Source of the DNA: Williopsis jadinii
Taxonomy: Eukaryota
Length of the DNA: 64,000 nt
Assembly: GCA_024346625.1 (NCBI GenBank)
Contig: AP024664.1
Span: 744,001-808,000, forward strand
Direction: 5' to 3'
A program made the position numbers and the translations under genes. The notes below the pieces were generated by a model. The model was not told the DNA's origin and did no database searches. It was given only the letters and a program-made list of their open reading frames with translations. Within the stretch, counting starts at the first letter, position 1. Each line of letters begins with the position of its first letter. This document shows, piece by piece, positions 56,740-64,000 of the stretch.

Positions 56740-58215
56740 TTAAAACTTTGCAAATATTTTACCACGTACTCTGACACATTTGGCTATGAGATAGAGTACG
56801 CCAGAGCCAAATATTGTCACTGCAGAATGGATAACCATGTTTCTATAACCAATTTCTGATCCATCTCCAATGATTGCTCCAGAGATTGGAATGGCGATCA
56901 AGACACCAAATGCAACGATGAAGTACATTGTACCGTAACGTCTTCCAAAATCCTCAGTCTTTGAAATCTGTGCACAACAGACAGGTAGCAACGGGAACAC
57001 TGATCCTGTCATAAAACCCCAAAGCACTGAGAATACAAAGAGTGCAGATTTTCTATCTCCAAACGGTATTAGTGTTGTCACTGCAACAATACTAGAACAG
57101 ATGGTAGTCACAATGATGATATTGAATCTTCCAACAACATCGCTCATGTATCCACTGATCCAACGTCCCGGAATACCTCCTATGTGTGTTACTGAGAGCA
57201 GCAAATAGGCTGTTGATAATGAATAACCATGTGCACGTGCAAAGGAAGCTTGATAAGTACCCATTATAAGCACACCACACTCGGCAAAGGTACACGCAAG
57301 GCAAACAAAGAGGAAGTCGAGCTGTTTCAGACCTTTTAGGTCGAATGCTGTGATGTATGATAAAATATTTTGCCATGTTCCACACTCTGCTGTCTTTCTT
57401 GGTAATCTCTCTTCCATGAGAATAATGGCAACGATGTAACAAAAGCCTAGGATGAAGGCAAAGATTCTAATAGCCCATGCATAACTCACCTCTTCAAAAA
57501 GCTTACGCATCATAATAGGGAATACTATACCACCAACACTTCCACCTGTACTTGCGATGGAGCACATGAACCCTCTGCGTTTGTGGAAATACTGTGCCAC
57601 GACACCAAGACAAGGAGGGCCAGTGAAACCACTACCAATACCAACAAGGATAGAAAATAACAACACTAACTGCCGAATTTCTGTACAGTTTCCCAAGCAC
57701 ATCATTCCCACAAAGGTACAAATACCACCGATTATGAGAGGACGACGAGCCCCGTTCCTGTCAAAATAGGTACCTGATATAATCGACGTTAAGAAACTGA
57801 TGAATCCGAAAATCGAAAACACCCATGCAACTGAAGAAGATGGGACATCTGACAGTTGATGTTCACTGACATATGTCTCAATGATACCATAAGTGTTCAA
57901 CAACCCAAATGCAGCAATTAATCCCATAAATGAACCGAAGACCACCGTATATGCCTTTAAGCCACCTTCTGGGAATTCAAGGTCGTTATCCATACCCAGC
58001 ATATCACCACGGGTATCTTGCACATTGTTACCAATGGTGGAATTGGAAGAGATACTTCTTAGCTCATCCTCGACCTCTTCACCTTCGGTCTTCTTTGTGA
58101 CACGCGAATGAACCCTTGAAGTTGGTTCTTCATAGATAATGTCTTCAAAGTACGAGGTTTGTTCTGGTTGACATACTGTACGTGAAGTATCAAGAGGTGT
58201 TTCAGTCTGGTTCAT
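56740..58215 (-). CDS. MFS monocarboxylate-transporter homolog (Mch4/Mch5-like)
   Basis: 'FPEGGLKAYTVVFGSF', 'GTYFDRNG', 'YFHKRRG..GGSVGG', 'SDVVGRFN', 'QISKTEDFGRRYGT'; ATG at 58215. Confidence 0.88.
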   Translation of the reverse strand: MNQTETPLDTSRTVCQPEQTSYFEDIIYEEPTSRVHSRVTKKTEGEEVEDELRSISSNSTIGNNVQDTRGDMLGMDNDLEFPEGGLKAYTVVFGSFMGLIAAFGLLNTYGIIETYVSEHQLSDVPSSSVAWVFSIFGFISFLTSIISGTYFDRNGARRPLIIGGICTFVGMMCLGNCTEIRQLVLLFSILVGIGSGFTGPPCLGVVAQYFHKRRGFMCSIASTGGSVGGIVFPIMMRKLFEEVSYAWAIRIFAFILGFCYIVAIILMEERLPRKTAECGTWQNILSYITAFDLKGLKQLDFLFVCLACTFAECGVLIMGTYQASFARAHGYSLSTAYLLLSVTHIGGIPGRWISGYMSDVVGRFNIIIVTTICSSIVAVTTLIPFGDRKSALFVFSVLWGFMTGSVFPLLPVCCAQISKTEDFGRRYGTMYFIVAFGVLIAIPISGAIIGDGSEIGYRNMVIHSAVTIFGSGVLYLIAKCVRVRGKIFAKF

Positions 58216-58642
58216 AGAATTGTTCTGCTTTGTCTTGTCTCTCTCTTGTGTCAACGATATAGATACCTCGATACCACTATCCAGCTAGCCTTTTAAACTC
58301 ACTCCAGCGATGAACGAGACGGTCTCACATGATGACTGATTCCTTCTTTCCTCCCCTAAATCATCCCAGGGCCCTTAAAGGAAAACTTTTCATCCAAGGC
58401 GAGCCCACGGGATTCGATTCCCGCCCCTGCAAGATGTGCCGTTTGTCGCTTGAATCTGCATAATAATCAACAATATTGATGAGGTTTTCGCCCAAACTGC
58501 CCAGCTGGAAACTGTGGAAATACACGGATTTTTGACACGAAACGGGAAAAAGTGACTGAATTACACGCAATTGCACGCGAGTTTGGGATGAGACTTCCTG
58601 GGGAGGCCCGCCTGATAGCACGAAACACCCAGTCGAGTACTG

Positions 58643-58649
58643 TGAGTCA
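58643..58649. promoter_or_regulatory. Gcn4/AP-1 consensus site TGAGTCA upstream of the MCH-like transporter
   Basis: gtgagtcat ~430 bp upstream of ATG 58215; near-matches at ~58332 and ~58733. Confidence 0.45.
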
Positions 58650-60144
58650 TTGGCCAGTTAAGTTTTTAGTTCTCATTTCCTCAATTGTTGTGGCACTACA
58701 ATGTCCACACAGCACCGTCTGTTTGATCCGCTGAGAGTCATAGACGGTATATGTGTGACATGAGCTAGTATACTTAAGGCCAAATATGGTAATGCTAACA
58801 GCCATTTGAAACAGTAGTTTGCATAGAAAGACGGGGCTTTTAGCACACTCTGACACATGTCACGCTAGTATCTGTAACTTTGGGAGATTCCCTCAGTTCG
58901 ACAAGGGATATATAGACAGTTATCGGAATCGTAATAGAGCTCTTAAGCCTGTAGCTCACGAGAAACGAAAAGATAGGAAATTACCTCTGTTCCAAAAGTC
59001 GTTAGGATATAGTGCGGAATGTGATACTCGCTCTCCAAAAAGTTGTTGCGATTGAGGAGAGTGACCGTGAGAAAAGCACGGCTTTCCTCCTCACTGTTAA
59101 TGAGTTCAGGCCCTGAATCTCAGTTGGAAAGGTCAAGATGATGGTGTCATATCTGGATGATCATATTGGTCATCTAGCTCCAGAAAACAGGACAAACATT
59201 GATAGTCATATGTGTGATTCAACGCACTAATGTACCATTCTGGAGGTACCAATAGCGAATATGATACACGTAATGTAGATCTGTACCGGTGTTCTCTCAT
59301 GTCAGATATTCATGGTACGGGATTCCTTACGTAGTTGACGTTAATCTGATCTGAATAAGCTGTAAAATTGTACAACATAAGACAGCATAATCACGGTATA
59401 AAATGGCGTTGGCAGAAAAGTAAGAGTAAAGACATTCAAAAGTTTAGGTGAATACGAGCGGTATGTACAGTTAACTGCTACACTGTTAGTCTATAGATCA
59501 ATAGCTGCTCTCAGGGACATCACTCATTTGCCCTCTGAAGAACATCTCCAAATGAGTGATATAAGCCTCTTCTTGTTTAAACAGTGTACAGAAAACCCAC
59601 TAAGTCCACCCTTTGATGTACAACATAAGTTGAAGGAATACGCAAGATTGGATGATGTGCAATTCTACTGGTAACATTTTAGTAGTTATACACGTATTTT
59701 ATATCCATGAATATCAGCTTACTTGACGGAATAACAACTGTAATCGCTGTGCTCTCTTCTATCTTGAGCATTGTCTGCTATTTTGAAACATGCTTCTCAC
59801 CAATTGGTCTCACAAATGTAGTTCACTAATGGATTACAATGTCACAGGTTAGAGAATAACGTGGAAGAAAACCTTTTGCTCGTTCCTTTGTAATTGAGTG
59901 TCTTCACTGACTGTTATGCCCATATATTGCCTCAAGCACTGAGCACTCAGCACGAATATCGATCTTTCCAGTAATATTGTATATCTTGAGCAAACCCTTC
60001 CATCTTAACATTAATCAACCAAATCCAGACATATTCGGCTACTAACTCATTAATAACAGCATAAAGTGATAGAACAATATTCAGAATATCACATCCTAGA
60101 ATTAAACACCACAACACATGTGTTCTGTAATACACTCTCGATCA

Positions 60145-60927
60145 TCAACCTTTTTCCTTTGCACTTCTTTGTCTTACACGAAGGCCATCTTGTTTGTTCT
60201 CATCATCCATAAACACACTTTGCAGTAACCCAGAATAAAAATGATTGATCATCGTTACGACGTCGTATACAGGTTTTCCCGTGGATATTTGTATCGCTTT
60301 TGATGTTGGGGGCATCTGGGTACATTCAAGAACAAAAGCAGATATTGTTTTGTCCTGTCTCAACGCATCACGAGCTAACTCAACCATTTCTTTCTCCAAT
60401 TCCTCGGCCACATAAGGCCCACCATCAATAATGATACTTTTCAGGTGACCATCATCTCTACAGCCAAATACCTTGATCCTCCTTCTCTGCTCCTCATGCA
60501 GACGAATACCAGAGAAGTGGAGGTCACCCAGGTTCTTGCTATCGAAGGTCAGCACAGCAATAGTACCCTTAGATATATTGAGAACCATTGGTATCTGAAG
60601 AAGAGAACTTGTGGCCACGGGGATAGGACTCTCCTCATTAATTCTCTGCTGAATCTGTGCAAGGAATCCACACGAGGTGATAACACCGATAGCACCTCTC
60701 TTGTGCAGTTCTTTACACGCATCGACAAAGTTCCCGAGGAGGGCCTCATTAAATGCACCGCCAAACACAACGTTACGCACGGTACCATCTCTTACTGTCT
60801 CGTATAGCAGGGGGAATTTGAACGTCAACGGGTTCAAAGGGTCGCCCGGTGGTCTGTGGATATCATCTGTATAGTCCAAACACAGTGCTCCAAGAGGAGG
60901 AAGATCCTTGGTTTCAATTGGCGACAT
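60145..60927 (-). CDS. Asp/Glu/hydantoin racemase superfamily protein
   Basis: 'RPPGD..NP.TF.FP', 'ITSCGFLAQIQ', 'PVATSSLLQIP', 'LECTQMPP': both putative catalytic Cys present. Confidence 0.8.
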   Translation of the reverse strand: MSPIETKDLPPLGALCLDYTDDIHRPPGDPLNPLTFKFPLLYETVRDGTVRNVVFGGAFNEALLGNFVDACKELHKRGAIGVITSCGFLAQIQQRINEESPIPVATSSLLQIPMVLNISKGTIAVLTFDSKNLGDLHFSGIRLHEEQRRRIKVFGCRDDGHLKSIIIDGGPYVAEELEKEMVELARDALRQDKTISAFVLECTQMPPTSKAIQISTGKPVYDVVTMINHFYSGLLQSVFMDDENKQDGLRVRQRSAKEKG

Positions 60928-61146
60928 TTGGAATGGTTTGAGCCCACCACATGTTCTTCGGACTCAATTAGCTGAATCAGCCAGTTTTTATATGGCGATG
61001 CTATGGGTATCAAGTAGCTCAAATCACACACGCATGATACCCTTTAATAGCTAAAAACGGCGATACGCTCAACAGTGCAAGACAGACTCCCAAGGTTCCA
61101 GATATCATTGAACCTTGCCATGAAACGCAGAGGAGGCTGTGGGCTG

Positions 61147-61188
61147 TGTGCGGAAAGAAGCGACCTCTGTGCGGAAAGAGGCGACCGG
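61147..61188. promoter_or_regulatory. Direct repeat TGTGCGGAAAGA(A/G)GCGACC x2, putative Zn2Cys6 binding element
   Basis: 19-bp copies at 61147 and 61168 (1 mismatch, 21-bp period), each with a CGG triplet, centred in the racemase/TF divergent promoter. Confidence 0.6.
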
Positions 61189-61403
61189 AGATCGACGCCT
61201 AAAAGAGCGTGCGTCAGCGTCTCACGAGAGATAAGTGATAAGGAGAATTGCACGAATATCTAAGTCATAGGGAGGGCCAATTGGCAACAATTGGCGATCC
61301 AGAACAAGCCTACTTTAGTAGTGATAAGTGTGGTTTTCCTTGGAGTCCACCTCTTTCTTGTACAACAGTGTGGTGGCCATCTCTGATAGCCAACAAACAA
61401 GAG

Positions 61404-63254
61404 ATGTCTCGTCAGGAGCCCCGTGGGTCTCAGGGATCACAGATCACCTTCAAGGTGGCGAAGGAGAAGGCCAACCCAAAGGTCACTCACAACCAAGGTG
61501 CTTGTACATGGTGCAAGTCCAAAAGGAGAAAGTGTGATGGGAAGTACCCGGTGTGCTCCTTATGTGAAAATGCTGGTGTGGAGTGTACAATTAAGGATGC
61601 CACCACTGGGAGGGTCATTCCTCGAAACTACATCGAACAACTTGAGAAGAAAGTGGCAGAGTTGCAGAGGAGTACTGGCACTCCAACCAAGAACAATACA
61701 ACGGAAGCACCGAGAAGAAGGGATCTTGAGATGGAGGTTGGTTACATTACTCTGGGGGCTGGGAGTGAGAGTGTTGGATATATTGGTGATTCTAGTGCTT
61801 ACTCAATCGCCAGAGCCATCACTTCAACAATTGATTACTACAGCAATCCTACAAAGAACAGCTCCACGCCAGAGGATATACAGAGGGAGCTGGACCAGAT
61901 CCCGTTCGTGAAGCCATCCTTGGGTATGGCTTACAACTACCTCAGTGCCTATTACGACAATGTTCAGACCCAATACCCTTTCATGGACTGGCAAACAGTC
62001 ACCAAATGGTTTGGTGAAGTGATGCAAGAGGAATCCTCTGAGCCTGCTCCCCTATTCTTCATTTACATGATATGTGCCATTGGCTCTCAGATCTACAATA
62101 CAAACACTGCAAAGCTGTACACAAGAATGTACTACAACAAGTCGCTGGAGAGCATAGGATACTTGCTGGAAACCACAACATTGGAAACGGTCCAGGTATA
62201 CCTGATGCTTTCGGTGTTTTCTCAGAAGATGCCTGATGCATCCTCTATCTGGCAAACGACTGGGTTGGCCATAAGAACATCAGTAATTCTAGGCTTGCAC
62301 AGGGAACCATATAGGAAGAATAAAGAGGATAAAAATCAGCTGAGATACTGGATTTTCTGGTCTGCTTATGGACTGGAGAGGATTAACGGATGTGTTCTTG
62401 GTCGCCCTTTTTGCATATCTGATATCGATATTGATGTATCATTGCCAGAACCCCCTGAGCCAACAGTTGCAATGCATGTTATCAAGATTAGAAGAATTCA
62501 GTCTCACATCTGCTCGTTCATATATCGACCAGTACGTCTAATCAACTCTGACCAAGATGTTGACACCACCAGACGGGACATTGTTCTAGAATTGAATGAA
62601 TGGATGTCCACTTTCCCTCATAAACAGCATTCAAGTTCGATGTTCGAGACAGAGTATTGGCGTGAGATCACGTACCACAACTCCATGCTGTTACTTCTAA
62701 GACCAGTTGTTTTAGAAGTAGCACAGATGAAGGGAAGAGTTAGTGATAACAAATTGGAATGGTTCAAAGCTTTCACGCACTCGGCTTCAAGTATCTGTCA
62801 CAACTACAAGGGCCTCCACTCCAGAGGGAAACTCGTCTACACGTGGCTTGGTATGCACTGCGTGTTTGTCTCTGGACTGTCTTTCTTATACTGTGCGTGG
62901 ATCGACGCTACAAACAGCTTGAAGCTACTTGATAACAATCCAGTGCTGTACGATACAATCAACGCAAGCTCCTCCATCTTGCACGTGTTAGCAGAGCGTT
63001 TCACCACTGCTGTTGTATTCAGGGATACGTTCGATCGAGTTGTACGCTGTGTGATGAGTCTCATTAATAAAAACAGTCCACAGGTGGCATCAACGAGCTC
63101 TACTGGTATTAAGGAGTATCTTGGGTATAAGCTAACCACACAACCAAACCCCGAACTCGAAATGCATGAGCTATGGGACTTTCTTGATACTACTGGTGAT
63201 AAGTTCCTGAAGGATATATTTAACGATATGGAGGGCGAACTCAAGTATATTTAG
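61404..63254 (+). CDS. Zn(II)2Cys6 transcription factor (Ppr1/UaY/Stb5-like architecture)
   Basis: CTWCKSKRRKCDGKYPVCSLCENAGVEC; 'DATTGRVIPRNYIEQLE'; 'GLAIRTSVILGLHRE', 'FWSAYGLER..LGRPFCISD'; likely ATG at 61404. Confidence 0.9.
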   Translation: MSRQEPRGSQGSQITFKVAKEKANPKVTHNQGACTWCKSKRRKCDGKYPVCSLCENAGVECTIKDATTGRVIPRNYIEQLEKKVAELQRSTGTPTKNNTTEAPRRRDLEMEVGYITLGAGSESVGYIGDSSAYSIARAITSTIDYYSNPTKNSSTPEDIQRELDQIPFVKPSLGMAYNYLSAYYDNVQTQYPFMDWQTVTKWFGEVMQEESSEPAPLFFIYMICAIGSQIYNTNTAKLYTRMYYNKSLESIGYLLETTTLETVQVYLMLSVFSQKMPDASSIWQTTGLAIRTSVILGLHREPYRKNKEDKNQLRYWIFWSAYGLERINGCVLGRPFCISDIDIDVSLPEPPEPTVAMHVIKIRRIQSHICSFIYRPVRLINSDQDVDTTRRDIVLELNEWMSTFPHKQHSSSMFETEYWREITYHNSMLLLLRPVVLEVAQMKGRVSDNKLEWFKAFTHSASSICHNYKGLHSRGKLVYTWLGMHCVFVSGLSFLYCAWIDATNSLKLLDNNPVLYDTINASSSILHVLAERFTTAVVFRDTFDRVVRCVMSLINKNSPQVASTSSTGIKEYLGYKLTTQPNPELEMHELWDFLDTTGDKFLKDIFNDMEGELKYI

Positions 63255-63298
63255 TATATGTATAGTATTTTCAAGTACACAAGCTATACACTGATTCA

Positions 63299-64000
63299 TC
63301 ACTTAAAGATCCTCTCATTCGCAGGTCTCACGTCAGGAATATTAATGAGGCCTGCCTTCTCCTTCAAGCTATACTGCACAACTTTTAACAGCTCATACAA
63401 TAGACCCAGAACAGGTGTCTCAACATTCAACTCTTTCGCAACGGTGAGCAGATTCCCCAAGATGACCTCTAGCTCAATTGGGTTTCCCTTTTCAACATCA
63501 ACCAACATGCTGGGCTTGAACCAATCACCGTCATCGCTGTGAACGACGAGGTTGACAACGTCTTCTGGGAGATCGATACCATCAGCTTTTGCAACCTTGA
63601 GAACTTCCTTCATTGCAGGAATACTGATGGCCTCCAAACCTCCCGACAGGAGAAGTCTTCCGGTGTCTACCCTAGTCAGTGCTGCCACAGTGTTCAAGGT
63701 AGCGTTGTAAACCAGCTTTCTATAACGATACCACTTGGCACTCTCAAAGTAGATGATGTCGTTCTTCGGATGTGACAGCAACTCAACAAACTCCTTAGCT
63801 TGGGCGATCTGAGTATCAATAGGTACGCTGTCATTAGGGAAATACGAAATCAAGCACTTGTTCTTCTGGGTTTGAGTTATAACCCCATTGGTGTTGTGAG
63901 ATCCAATATGAGATACTCCACTAATACAGCAGTTCTCAGGGTACTTCTGGATCACTGGTCTACCAATATCAAATCCATTCTGTATGAGCACAACAGTCGT
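63299..64000 (-). CDS. Ketopantoate reductase PanE/ApbA-family oxidoreductase (5' part outside window)
   Basis: 'LIQNG', 'RKLVYNATLN', 'MKEVLKVAKADG', 'KPSMLVDVEKGNPIELEVILGN', 'VETP.L..LY.LL'. Confidence 0.85.
   Translation of the reverse strand, partial: TTVVLIQNGFDIGRPVIQKYPENCCISGVSHIGSHNTNGVITQTQKNKCLISYFPNDSVPIDTQIAQAKEFVELLSHPKNDIIYFESAKWYRYRKLVYNATLNTVAALTRVDTGRLLLSGGLEAISIPAMKEVLKVAKADGIDLPEDVVNLVVHSDDGDWFKPSMLVDVEKGNPIELEVILGNLLTVAKELNVETPVLGLLYELLKVVQYSLKEKAGLINIPDVRPANERIFK

Noticed and set aside
58395..58432. tRNA-like 3' half (GGGATTCGATTCCCG)
   Set aside because: B-box is imperfect and no acceptor, D or anticodon stems or T-run terminator could be built
59947..60135. 62-aa hydrophobic ORF just downstream of the racemase as an extra cluster gene
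   Set aside because: Non-ATG start, no motif, no promoter space; probably the racemase 3' UTR

Overview
Gene-dense genomic DNA from a budding yeast (Saccharomycotina). It uses the standard code (CTG encodes the conserved Leu in the DHQase motif HGPNLNLLG), retains eIF3e, and has short GTAAGT/GTGAGT introns. This is consistent with a Cyberlindnera/Wickerhamomyces-type yeast, but the taxon is an inference. The window holds about 33 protein genes and two tRNAs (Asp-GTC, Ser-AGA). The left two thirds is mostly housekeeping: INT6, YBT1, SBP1-like, MUM2, MRPL8, MIC12, TSC10, UBP14, ARO3, FTR1, DLD1, SLX1, SEC8, GIM3, CAF130, ECM14, PEX4, PHB1. Quinate-catabolism-type genes (type II DHQase, a stand-alone shikimate/quinate dehydrogenase) and a Zn2Cys6 regulator are interspersed. 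The right third is gene-poor and accessory-like: two RTA1 paralogs, a ~4.5 kb ORF-less stretch, and a candidate uncharacterised metabolic cluster (MCH-type transporter, Asp/Glu/hydantoin-racemase-family enzyme, divergent Zn2Cys6 regulator with a duplicated CGG element, PanE/ApbA-like reductase). Manual splice reconstruction reveals a three-exon gene missed by the ORF track, encoding an apparently secreted I9 (Pbi2-like) protease inhibitor. All gene calls come from recognising motifs by eye; no database searches were run.
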